64,000 bases of DNA. Origin: an uncultured virus (IMG/VR IMGVR_UViG_3300020603_000009). Its lineage: Duplodnaviria > Heunggongvirae > Uroviricota > Caudoviricetes. The stretch lies in the IMG/VR virus record IMGVR_UViG_3300020603_000009. One strand, written 5' to 3'. Positions 18,126 through 27,024 of the stretch are shown piece after piece. The notes under the pieces were generated by a model that was not told where the DNA came from, ran no database searches, and worked only from the letters and a program-made list of their open reading frames with translations. Within the stretch, counting starts at the first letter, position 1, and each line of letters begins with the position of its first letter. Position numbers and translations under genes: made by a program.

Positions 18126-18833
18126 TTATTCTCTTGGACTAACTCCAGGTTGAGCGCCAATTGTCGATTTTCTTCTTCTTGGAATTGATGTTCCTGGGAA
18201 ATTTCTTGGATCAATTAAAGCTTGATCTAATACATTTAATACTTGTTTGGCTATTTCTGTTCGATATTTATAGGTTGGTTTTGCTTCTCTTTTGCCTTTA
18301 AATTTTAATTGCTCTTGTTCTTCTCTGCTTTTAAGTAAATTTAAATCCATTTGATCTTTTTGTGGAACCAATTTATTATATAAATTAACCATTTTCTTAA
18401 AATCTGGTGGTGTTCCATTTTTATCGAGAGCATTTTTAATGTCGTCTCTTAAATTTTTATATGTTTCATAACCAGATTCTGCCATACTAATTCTTTTTAT
18501 ATCTTGCGGAATCGGTTCAGATTTAACTGTATCTTGTTTGTTCGCAAAAGAACCTAATCCGGCAATTTCTGTTGACATATTTAAAGCTTTATCTGCTAAT
18601 TGTTGAAAATTCTTTTTATTTAATATTCTACCAAGATCTTTTAGTGAATTTTGTGCGGCAACAACTTTATCGTTAATTTCTTGATCTCCAGATTGTCCGG
18701 ATACTAAACCACCATATTCACTGCTTCTTCCAAATATGCGATCAAGAAAAGCTTCATCAAGTTCGCCCTCTTGCTGCATTTCTTGTAATTCTTCTTGAAT
18801 TATTTGTTGTAATTTTTGTTTTGTAATTTTCAT
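18126..18833 (-). CDS. Hypothetical protein, candidate internal head protein
   Basis: MKITKQKLQQIIQEE leader; SD GAGG. Confidence 0.7.
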   Translation of the reverse strand: MKITKQKLQQIIQEELQEMQQEGELDEAFLDRIFGRSSEYGGLVSGQSGDQEINDKVVAAQNSLKDLGRILNKKNFQQLADKALNMSTEIAGLGSFANKQDTVKSEPIPQDIKRISMAESGYETYKNLRDDIKNALDKNGTPPDFKKMVNLYNKLVPQKDQMDLNLLKSREEQEQLKFKGKREAKPTYKYRTEIAKQVLNVLDQALIDPRNFPGTSIPRRRKSTIGAQPGVSPRE

Positions 18834-18958
18834 CTAATTTTCCTCAACAGATATAATAGTGCGGGCGCAACCCGCACGATACAGCTACCTTTGCAGCAGC
18901 GTCTTGAATTAGTTTGTGGAAGAAACCACTTACGAACATTTTGATCTACCAAATTCAT
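18830..18958 (-). CDS. 42-aa Cys-containing micro-ORF; not in the ORF track
   Basis: MNLVDQNVRKWFLPQTNSRRCCKGSCIVRVAPALLYLLRKIR; SD GAGGT; ATGA overlap with the next gene. Confidence 0.55.
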   Translation of the reverse strand: MNLVDQNVRKWFLPQTNSRRCCKGSCIVRVAPALLYLLRKIR

Positions 18959-18996
18959 ATGTACCTCGTACTCTGTACTCTATAAATATTCTCTAA

Positions 18997-19308
18997 TTAG
19001 TGTTTGTTCTTTAAATTTATAACAATTCCTTCATCACTGCAGCTTTTATCTAAAATATAACTACAAAATGAAGAAATAAGTGCATACACGAATGTTCCAA
19101 TATAAAAATTTGGGAATAGATGTATGCCAGCACACCAAAAAAGCATAAACATCAAATAACCAACATGGAAACCCAAACACATACTACAGCGGAATAATTC
19201 ACCAAATATTCCAGTTTTTGGTCTAATAAAATCAAGTATGCTGGCATAACAAAGTATTTGTGTTAAACCAGCACAACTTAAAATGAATACAAATATTTTA
19301 TCCATCAC
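18997..19308 (-). CDS. Small membrane protein with CxxC (DUF1360-like)
   Basis: Hydrophobic segments around GELFRCSMCLGFHVG. Confidence 0.6.
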   Translation of the reverse strand: MMDKIFVFILSCAGLTQILCYASILDFIRPKTGIFGELFRCSMCLGFHVGYLMFMLFWCAGIHLFPNFYIGTFVYALISSFCSYILDKSCSDEGIVINLKNKH

Positions 19309-19886
19309 AAACCATAAGCATAACGACGAACTTGATGAATTGGAACTGAACCTTTTTCTTTTGCCGCAGGAACTTCGCCAAGTTCTGTTGAATCTTTGTC
19401 TTCGGGATCTGTCATTCTATCTGTATAAACATCAGAAACAGCTTTCTGATAAACGAATGATGGTTTCTCACTATCAATCCATTTTGATATCAACATTAAC
19501 ATCAAATTATCGATTGGTATTTCTTGAGCTGGCTTTAATAATTTAGCCTCCAAAGAACCATAAACATTGCTACCACAAATAGTTTCTAATGATATAACCC
19601 CTTTTTTAAAAAGATATTTCATCAACCTATCTTGTGCTTGATATATATTATCATCAAAGTTTTCACGAGAAAAAGCAATAATTTTCATCTTTTCCGGCAT
19701 GATTACAATATCGATATCTGGATGATCTGATACAATTAAATTAGCATCAAGAGTTCTGCGAACCTTTAATTTAACCTTAAAAATTTCTTTTGGTTTTTTT
19801 GGTTCTTCTTTTTCTGGCTGTTGATCGTCGAGTGCTTGATCTGGTTGAGGATCTTGATCTGTTATTTTAACATTAATATCAGCCAT
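19305..19886 (-). CDS. Hypothetical protein
   Basis: 193-aa ORF in the operon, overlapping both neighbours. Confidence 0.7.
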   Translation of the reverse strand: MADINVKITDQDPQPDQALDDQQPEKEEPKKPKEIFKVKLKVRRTLDANLIVSDHPDIDIVIMPEKMKIIAFSRENFDDNIYQAQDRLMKYLFKKGVISLETICGSNVYGSLEAKLLKPAQEIPIDNLMLMLISKWIDSEKPSFVYQKAVSDVYTDRMTDPEDKDSTELGEVPAAKEKGSVPIHQVRRYAYGL

Positions 19887-20724
19887 TATTATTTTGTTCC
19901 TCAGAATTAATTTCTTTTACCAAACTTTGTATTTTCAATACTTCTTTTATCATAACAGAATCGATTGATTTTTCTTTGTATTTTTCTACTTTTTGTAGAA
20001 CAAGAACAGTTTTTTCTTTTAAGAAGTTATTTTCAGAGATTTGTTTTGTTTCTAAACAACCTTTAAGTGTTTGTTTTAATCTTTCTATTTCTTCATTTAA
20101 ATATAATTTAAATTCAACTCCACCATCAGCAAAACTCATAACATATTTTGTTATAAGATCTTTTTGTTCTGATAGAAGTTCTTCTTTGTATTGTTCGTTA
20201 AATTTTTTAACGAATACTTTATATGTTAAAGTATCAAGTGTTTGTAGTTTTTCTCTTTCAATATCTTCTGGAGATGAAGTCATTTTAGAAACAAGAGAAT
20301 TTTCAAGCAATACTTTTTCTTTTATTGGAATTGTGTTGTTGAATATTTGCGAAAGAGTTGCTAAATTTTTATATTTTGGAACAAATATAGAAAATATTTT
20401 TCCATTTGAAAACTTGTTTAAAACATTTATTAATTTTGTTTGTTGATTAAAGATACTTTGTTTATTCAGCATATCATATTGATATTTTGCTTCTCTTAAT
20501 AGCTTATCTGCTACCGATGTTTCTAAATTGTAGCTTTCATTTAAAGCGTGATATAAATCTAATTCTTTTTTAAGAATCGATTCTTTTCCAAAAAAACTCT
20601 TACAAACATGAATTAGGAATTTTTTTTCTTGTTCTTTTTTTTCCAAAACACAATTCGTTATTTCACGAACGATCACTTCGTATAAGAAGGCCGTGTTTCT
20701 TTTTTTATTGTGTTTACTCTTCAT
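19879..20724 (-). CDS. Hypothetical helical protein downstream of the portal
   Basis: 281 aa beginning KHNKKRNTAFLYE. Confidence 0.7.
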   Translation of the reverse strand: MKSKHNKKRNTAFLYEVIVREITNCVLEKKEQEKKFLIHVCKSFFGKESILKKELDLYHALNESYNLETSVADKLLREAKYQYDMLNKQSIFNQQTKLINVLNKFSNGKIFSIFVPKYKNLATLSQIFNNTIPIKEKVLLENSLVSKMTSSPEDIEREKLQTLDTLTYKVFVKKFNEQYKEELLSEQKDLITKYVMSFADGGVEFKLYLNEEIERLKQTLKGCLETKQISENNFLKEKTVLVLQKVEKYKEKSIDSVMIKEVLKIQSLVKEINSEEQNNNG

Positions 20725-22858
20725 TTTTTTCTTCCTTGTTGAGTTTCTTGTTTTCTAAAGATTTTATCAACTGCTTTAAACTGTTGCTATTAGACATAAT
20801 TTGCTGTTCTATATTGTCAACCGGTTTAATTTCTGTTCCTTCTGTAAGTATTTCTTCATTATAACTATTTTCATAATTTTCATAAATACCATTACCAAGA
20901 CTAAATAATTCTTGGGCTCCTGCTCCCCAAACATTTCTCATCGAGCCGCCGCCCATTTCTTTATTAAATTTAGATTGATAGTTTCTTGTTCTAGCGCCAT
21001 CTGGTCGTCTATCGCCACCACGGAATTTAACTGGAAGATACATCTTTCCTCTTGATGCCGGTGTTGAAGTTAATCTATCGTCTCGTTTACCCGGCGCCGC
21101 TAATAATGGACTTGCTTTTTCTTTGCCAGCTTCGCCACCGGGAGTAGGAGTTGGTGTAGGTGATGATCCCGCTCCAGCTGTAGGTGATGCTCCACCGGGA
21201 GGTTCTTGACCTGCTGTTAAAGCTCCAAGATCAATGCCGGTACCACCACCTGGTGATGGTGGGCCTCCAATTGCTCCTCCACCTGGGACACCACCTTCTC
21301 CAGCGCCAGATATACCGCCTGCTATACCACCGGCAGCAGCGGCGGCTTCTTCAGCACCAGATTTCTCTACAGCAGCTTTAAACTTAAAGTCATAGAACAT
21401 TTCGCGTTGATTTCTCAAGAATTGTTCGTCAGTCATACCAAAGATTTTCTTTGCTACCCAACGCTTACTGAAATATCCCTCTGTTGCCGCAGTGGCAACA
21501 TCAAATTTGGTTTTCCAAGTTTCTAATTCTTGTAATTCAGCGATTTTACTTGGATTATTTAATCTTAATTTAAATTTAATTAAATCTTCGTTTCTATATC
21601 CAAGAACATAAAGATGAATGATACCGATCTTTTCTAATTCACTAACAACAGATCTTTGTAGACGCTGAATTGTTCTAGCAAAACGAATATCTTTTTGTGC
21701 CAGAGTTGCTTTGTCTTCTTCTCCACCTTCACCGCGAGCAAGATAACTTTGTGGAATTTTGATAGCAGAAAATAGTTTATCTCGTAGATATTTTACATCA
21801 TCAATATCGCCGGTATATTGACCGCCAGCAAGGCTTTCAATTTTTGTTGATTGCTGACCGCGAACTGGAATGAAATAATCTTCTTCAATCGAAAGAGGAT
21901 TGTATCTTAAATCAACACGACCAGTTTTTTCGTCAACAACTTGGTTGCGTTTTAATGATGTCATTGCTTTCTGCATGAACTGCTCTATATCGTTTGGAGC
22001 AACATTTCCAACATCGATATAAAAAACACGACGTTCAGCAGAACGAACAATACGATAAGCCATCATGGCATCTTCTAATAGGGTTAATTGGCGCCAAATA
22101 CGGCGGGCTGGTTCAAGAACAGAAGTTCCATATGGGGCATACTTATCATTTCCAAGAATACGGAAATGACCGATTTGCCAATTTTCAAAAGTCATTCCAC
22201 CACTATTCCATTGGAATTGAACGTAATTTGGATTTTTTTCATCTTCACCTTCAATACGCTCAACTTCATATGGAGGAAGACCAATAGCATTTTTAATTCC
22301 ATCTTTATCATCAATATCTAGATAAAGAAAGAAATCACCGAACTTACACATTGTTCGGGACCATCCGAAAAGATTAAATTCAATATTTAAAATATCATAA
22401 TAAAGACCGTTTAAGACATTCTTTATTTCTTCATTCGGACAATCGATTGTTAAAACTTTTTCTAATGAATTACTTGTTGTCATTTCGTCAGCATATATGT
22501 CAAGTGCTGACGCAATTTCTGGTGTATATTCCATTTGTTCGAAGTCAACATATCTTTCAGCACGGTTTTGATTAGCCATGCTTTGAGAATGAACGTATGA
22601 GAATGGATTATAAGAGGACTTTTTAAATTGTTGTCCTTGTGCTGATTGAAATTTGTATCGATCTAATCTGCGGCGGCGCTCACTTTTATAATTTTGTTGT
22701 CTACGATTGATTATCGGACCAGAGAATAACTTTGTAAGTCTCTTGAATAAGTTATTATCTTTGTTATAGGGACTTCTTTCTTGGTTGATCGCTCCTTGTT
22801 TTGAAGGCATCATGTTTCTGTAATCGTTTTTATTAATTGGTTTATTTGTGTCAGCCAT
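20714..22858 (-). CDS. Portal protein (T4 gp20-like)
   Basis: YGTSVLEPARRIWRQLTLLEDAMMAYRIVR, RRVFYIDVGN, EDYFIPVR, DIDDVKYL. Confidence 0.95.
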   Translation of the reverse strand: MADTNKPINKNDYRNMMPSKQGAINQERSPYNKDNNLFKRLTKLFSGPIINRRQQNYKSERRRRLDRYKFQSAQGQQFKKSSYNPFSYVHSQSMANQNRAERYVDFEQMEYTPEIASALDIYADEMTTSNSLEKVLTIDCPNEEIKNVLNGLYYDILNIEFNLFGWSRTMCKFGDFFLYLDIDDKDGIKNAIGLPPYEVERIEGEDEKNPNYVQFQWNSGGMTFENWQIGHFRILGNDKYAPYGTSVLEPARRIWRQLTLLEDAMMAYRIVRSAERRVFYIDVGNVAPNDIEQFMQKAMTSLKRNQVVDEKTGRVDLRYNPLSIEEDYFIPVRGQQSTKIESLAGGQYTGDIDDVKYLRDKLFSAIKIPQSYLARGEGGEEDKATLAQKDIRFARTIQRLQRSVVSELEKIGIIHLYVLGYRNEDLIKFKLRLNNPSKIAELQELETWKTKFDVATAATEGYFSKRWVAKKIFGMTDEQFLRNQREMFYDFKFKAAVEKSGAEEAAAAAGGIAGGISGAGEGGVPGGGAIGGPPSPGGGTGIDLGALTAGQEPPGGASPTAGAGSSPTPTPTPGGEAGKEKASPLLAAPGKRDDRLTSTPASRGKMYLPVKFRGGDRRPDGARTRNYQSKFNKEMGGGSMRNVWGAGAQELFSLGNGIYENYENSYNEEILTEGTEIKPVDNIEQQIMSNSNSLKQLIKSLENKKLNKEEKNEE

Positions 22859-22862
22859 TTAT

Positions 22863-24461
22863 TTATCCCTTGTAAAGCCACTCATACATTTTGTAGAATT
22901 CTCTTAGCTCTTTTACATTAACTCTTTTTTCGTCAATTGAATAACTTTTATTATACCCAACTTGACCTGGAATTTTTGTTTGAACTCGTGTATTCGCCAT
23001 AGTTATAGCACTAAACATAGCTTTTGTATACTCGGCATCTCGCTGAGAACTTGTTAATGCTGTATCTCTAACCCAACAAGCAATAGCCATAGACATAGTT
23101 AAATCGTCATTTCTATTCTTCATTGCTTCTGGTCTTCCATTATTCCAAATAAATGTCGACAATTCTTCTGCTAAACGATTGGAATATATTTTAATTACTT
23201 TATTTCTAATAAATTCTTCTAATTTAGATACGATAAGTGGACGAGTTTTTAATGTTGTTGTAAACCCTGGAACACTATTCGTCATACTTTCAGCTTGTAA
23301 TTGCTCTACGAATTCGTGTGTTGATTTAATAGAAAAATAAAGATTTGGATATTTTCTTTCTATTAATTTATCAAGAACATTATAACCAATATTGTTGTTT
23401 TCTACAACCAGCAAAGCATTATTATATTCTTTGCCGGTTTGTAATAACATATCAGCATAAATATCTGGCGCTACTTTGCCTTGATATTCGGCAACTTGTT
23501 CCATAGTTTGTAATTTTATTATATGAAAAGCAGAATAGTCTTTTCCATCGCCGCGAGCAACATCAGCGACCATTAAATAACTAAATTCTGGTTTTGCTTC
23601 TTCCCATATCCAATAATTACGATCAAAACCGGTTCGATATTTTGGCTCTATTACGCCTTCTCTTATTTCTTGTAAATCTTGCGAATTAATTACACCTTCG
23701 CCGGATGCGTTAAAACTACACTCATATTCTTGTGCTATATCTCGCCTATTCATATTGCGAGTAGCAGCTTCGAACCAATCACGATCACGATCCGGATGTG
23801 CGTCCCAATTTAATTTGATCGCATGAAAGTCGTTCATTGCGCTTTCAGCATTCGTATATGTTTCATGAAACCAATTACCAACACCATTTGGGGTTGAAAT
23901 AGCAATACAACGACCACCGGTAGATAGTGTTGGGAATATACTTTTCCATAGATCTTCCATGCCTTCAACGAAAGCTGCTTCGTCAATAACAAGCAAGCTT
24001 AAGGCTTCAGAACGACCGGCACTTTCGCTTGTTGATGAAGCTTTGATCCATGAACCATTATTTAATTCAAAACTATTTCTATTATCAATTGATATATCGG
24101 CAATACGCATCCAATCTGGAACGTTCTTTATCATCTTTTTAACTTTTTTAACAAGATTTGCGGCAACATCTAATTTAGTTGCGACAACAAGAACGCTTTT
24201 TTGTCGACGAAAAAGTAGCGTCCAAGCAATATAACCCGCAACAGCGGTCGATAAACCTAACTGGCGGGCTTTTAAAACTATATTAAAACGGAAATCTTCA
24301 AAATCTTTTATGGTTTGACTTTGATAACCATAAAGACTGAAAGGAATTAAACCTTTTTCTGGATGTGCGATTTTACAAAAGTTATTAATAAAGTATGTCG
24401 GATCACGACCACACTTTTTTATTTCTTCCTTGACTTGATCTTTTGTAAGAGCATAACTCAT
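22863..24461 (-). CDS. Terminase large subunit (T4 gp17-like)
   Basis: KARQLGLST Walker A, LLVIDEAAF Walker B, ISTPNG, nuclease ADVARGDGKDYSA and DDLTM. Confidence 0.95.
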   Translation of the reverse strand: MSYALTKDQVKEEIKKCGRDPTYFINNFCKIAHPEKGLIPFSLYGYQSQTIKDFEDFRFNIVLKARQLGLSTAVAGYIAWTLLFRRQKSVLVVATKLDVAANLVKKVKKMIKNVPDWMRIADISIDNRNSFELNNGSWIKASSTSESAGRSEALSLLVIDEAAFVEGMEDLWKSIFPTLSTGGRCIAISTPNGVGNWFHETYTNAESAMNDFHAIKLNWDAHPDRDRDWFEAATRNMNRRDIAQEYECSFNASGEGVINSQDLQEIREGVIEPKYRTGFDRNYWIWEEAKPEFSYLMVADVARGDGKDYSAFHIIKLQTMEQVAEYQGKVAPDIYADMLLQTGKEYNNALLVVENNNIGYNVLDKLIERKYPNLYFSIKSTHEFVEQLQAESMTNSVPGFTTTLKTRPLIVSKLEEFIRNKVIKIYSNRLAEELSTFIWNNGRPEAMKNRNDDLTMSMAIACWVRDTALTSSQRDAEYTKAMFSAITMANTRVQTKIPGQVGYNKSYSIDEKRVNVKELREFYKMYEWLYKG

Positions 24462-24464
24462 ATA

Positions 24465-24779
24465 TCATCTTAAATTAACTGATATTATCTTTCCGCGTTT
24501 TTTCGGTGGCTCTATTTCTGGATGAACCATTTTACCAGTTTCTGGATCTTCTACTTTTTCATGAGAATAAAGAGCATCTTCTTCTACGCCAGATTCTTCT
24601 AATTCTTGTTCTTCTGGACTTCCACCCTCGGTATTCTTTATTGCTCTTCTTAAAATTTTGTTGCCTTCTTTATCTGTTAATTCTTCTAATTCACTTTCAT
24701 CAAGTTCAAAAGTATTTTTTTCGTGAAGTTCAACTTCTTCACGAATTATTTCTAATAATCTTGTTTTTGAAATTTTCAT
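24465..24779 (-). CDS. Small acidic protein with MKISKTRLLEIIREE leader
   Basis: Shares the leader; ATGA overlap with the upstream gene. Confidence 0.7.
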   Translation of the reverse strand: MKISKTRLLEIIREEVELHEKNTFELDESELEELTDKEGNKILRRAIKNTEGGSPEEQELEESGVEEDALYSHEKVEDPETGKMVHPEIEPPKKRGKIISVNLR

Positions 24780-25306
24780 TTCTTAAATCCACCTAATTTA
24801 AGCCATTTTTGTAATTGTTGACTGCGCTCAACATCTTTTGGATCTTCTAATTTTGGCATATCAACATTTTTAATTTTATAATGACATTGTGCCGTAACGA
24901 AAACTCTTATTCTTGATGTTTCTTCAACAAGCATTTTTACATCGCCATATTTTTCAACATTTAATTCTTTACCAGCAACTTTTTTAAATTCTTTTTTAAG
25001 ATATTTAAGAGCTTCTGCGATATGTGCTTCAACATCTTCACCAAGTTTTGGACTATGTGCTTCTTCAAGCTTTAATTCTGAGTGATAACTAACAATCAAA
25101 CAAGGAAATGAACCAACTTTACTGGCATGATGCGTTACGCGCGCACGAAAACCATCAAGGAGACGGCAATCACAGCTTGTAAGTGCTGGAACGTCTTCAC
25201 GACGCAAACCTGCTTTTATTGGTTCGCCTTTTTCATCGCGCGCACCATCATAGGTTTGAGCCATTACTTGGGAAATTCCCTTTATTACATCCATTAATTC
25301 AGCCAT
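24776..25306 (-). CDS. Hypothetical protein
   Basis: 176 aa; SD AGGAG. Confidence 0.7.
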   Translation of the reverse strand: MAELMDVIKGISQVMAQTYDGARDEKGEPIKAGLRREDVPALTSCDCRLLDGFRARVTHHASKVGSFPCLIVSYHSELKLEEAHSPKLGEDVEAHIAEALKYLKKEFKKVAGKELNVEKYGDVKMLVEETSRIRVFVTAQCHYKIKNVDMPKLEDPKDVERSQQLQKWLKLGGFKK

Positions 25307-25333
25307 TTAATACCGTCTCCTTGTGGTTTATAA

Positions 25334-25525
25334 TCACTCTTCTTTTTTTGCTTCTTTAACAGTATCAAGAGCAGCAACGCGAAGTTCCTTCAACAGTTTC
25401 GCAACCGCAGCGGCATCTTTGCGTAAACGTGTAGCGGCTGAACGGTTTCCCTTGTCGACTTTTACAGCGTCGGCTTTACAGCCTTCTAATACTTTTAATA
25501 CTTCTTCTAATTTAGATACTACCAT
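25334..25525 (-). CDS. Histone H1-like (Hc1 family) small DNA-binding protein
   Basis: DAVKVDKGNRSAATRLRK matches the Hc1 N-terminal GNKAAxxRxR motif; SD AGGTG. Confidence 0.7.
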   Translation of the reverse strand: MVVSKLEEVLKVLEGCKADAVKVDKGNRSAATRLRKDAAAVAKLLKELRVAALDTVKEAKKEE

Positions 25526-25904
25526 TTAACATCACCTTCTTTCTTTCTTGCCAAAGTTCTTCACGACCTTCAACATACTTTATATAGCACTCATAACAAC
25601 AATCGTATTTGTTCATATAAACATCATCTTTTAAACTAAAAGAATAACGCTTACAATCTTTCACAGGACAAACCCTGCTGGTTTTCGTAGTAATTAGTTT
25701 TTTCTTTATTAAAAACCCGTTTTCCTCAATTGTTTCTTGAATTTGAGATTTTTCTGAGATTATTTTTGCTTGTTCTTTTACTTGTTGGATATAATCCGCT
25801 TCTTTTTCTTTGTTCCAATTTGCTTTTGGATTATGAATAGCATTTTCACCGTATTTTTCTTTTACGGCTCTTTCTACTGCTGCTATTTTATCCCAATCTG
25901 TCAT
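25512..25904 (-). CDS. Hypothetical protein with probable Zn-binding cysteines
   Basis: CPVKDC...CCYEC; YGENAIHNPKANW. Confidence 0.65.
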   Translation of the reverse strand: MTDWDKIAAVERAVKEKYGENAIHNPKANWNKEKEADYIQQVKEQAKIISEKSQIQETIEENGFLIKKKLITTKTSRVCPVKDCKRYSFSLKDDVYMNKYDCCYECYIKYVEGREELWQERKKVMLNGSI

Positions 25905-26329
25905 TGATTTACCTGATTTATTACCAAAACTATACTTATGGAAACAGCTGCGGCTGTTGCGGCTCCAGCCACGACTCCACCAGCAAACCAGTAAAGATTA
26001 CTACCACTATCAGAAACTGTTTCGTATAATCGGTCTTCTTGAACATCTCTTAGTTTACTTATTTCATCATACTTACTTTTTTCATAAGAAAGTTCATTTT
26101 TTAATAAATTCTTTTCATATTCGCATTTATTTTTTTCTAATGATACAGCAGCTTCTTGATTGATCTTACAAATTTCTGCGGCTACTTGTTTATCGGCTAA
26201 TACTTTAGCAGCTTCAAGTTTTGTTAAAAACACACCAGATTCTGGTGCTGGTTGATCTTTTTCAAGAGCAACTTGAGCAAGTGCGGTATTTGCAAACATT
26301 AAAGTAAATAAAAATAATATTATTTTCAC
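25901..26329 (-). CDS. Exported protein with signal peptide and C-terminal membrane anchor (spanin-like?)
   Basis: MKIILFLFTLMFANTALA signal, coiled coil, C-terminal YWFAGGVVAGAATAAAVSISIVLVI. Confidence 0.55.
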   Translation of the reverse strand: MKIILFLFTLMFANTALAQVALEKDQPAPESGVFLTKLEAAKVLADKQVAAEICKINQEAAVSLEKNKCEYEKNLLKNELSYEKSKYDEISKLRDVQEDRLYETVSDSGSNLYWFAGGVVAGAATAAAVSISIVLVINQVNQ

Positions 26330-26700
26330 AATTTAAACTCTTCTTTCATTTTTGCAGCTAATTCTTCTGCTGTTTTATCTTTTAATTCTTCAACAACTTT
26401 TATTTTTGTTGTATTTACTTTTGCAAGTTCTGAATCGCGTTTTTCTTTTATTTGTTGAACTTTTTCTTCATAATTTTTAGCAACTTTTTTATCTTTTTTT
26501 GTTTTCTTTTCCGATAAATTATCTATTGTATCAACTCTTTTTCTATAATTTTCAGCAGTATCTTTTAATACTCTTACTAGTGAAGCTAATTTAGAATTTT
26601 CTACAAAACTTACACCTATAACCATAACGGTTAATGCCAGAATAACAAGTAAATACCAATATTTTTTAATTGTTTCAAAAACTGAATTTAAAAATTTCAT
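26326..26700 (-). CDS. N-terminally anchored coiled-coil membrane protein (i-spanin-like)
   Basis: KKYWYLLVILALTVMVIGVSF TM followed by a Lys/Glu coiled coil. Confidence 0.55.
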   Translation of the reverse strand: MKFLNSVFETIKKYWYLLVILALTVMVIGVSFVENSKLASLVRVLKDTAENYRKRVDTIDNLSEKKTKKDKKVAKNYEEKVQQIKEKRDSELAKVNTTKIKVVEELKDKTAEELAAKMKEEFKL

Positions 26701-26742
26701 TCATCTCTCCCTGAAAATATCTCCAATACAACAGTTATAAAC

Positions 26743-26783
26743 AAAATAACCGCCAGCACATTAAATGCAAGGCGGATTATTTT
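26743..26783 (-). terminator. Terminator-like hairpin after the holin-like gene
   Basis: AAAATAACCGCC...GGCGGATTATTTT inverted repeat. Confidence 0.55.
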
Positions 26784-27024
26784 AGAGTAAACTTTCTGGA
26801 TTATTTTTGGCTGGTTGTCCTGATTTTGCTCTTGCATAATCTATTGCAAAGTTAGCAACAGCTTGAGTGCCTATATAAACCATGCTTATTTGTACCCAAT
26901 CTTCGCCAGTTATAAAACCAAATGGAACACCAGCAGTAGCTACAAGCCATACAAGCAGCTTTCTGCTGACCATTTTTCCAACTAATTTATCCAAAACTTG
27001 TTGTTTATATTTTGCCATACTCAT
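26782..27024 (-). CDS. Putative holin
   Basis: 80 aa; SRKLLVW motif and two hydrophobic segments; adjacent to the spanin-like genes. Confidence 0.5.
   Translation of the reverse strand: MSMAKYKQQVLDKLVGKMVSRKLLVWLVATAGVPFGFITGEDWVQISMVYIGTQAVANFAIDYARAKSGQPAKNNPESLL

Noticed and set aside
20714..24461. Inteins or introns in terminase or portal (also checked for capsid and primase)
   Set aside because: The ORFs are continuous and of expected size, with no intein splice motifs or LAGLIDADG inserts seen.
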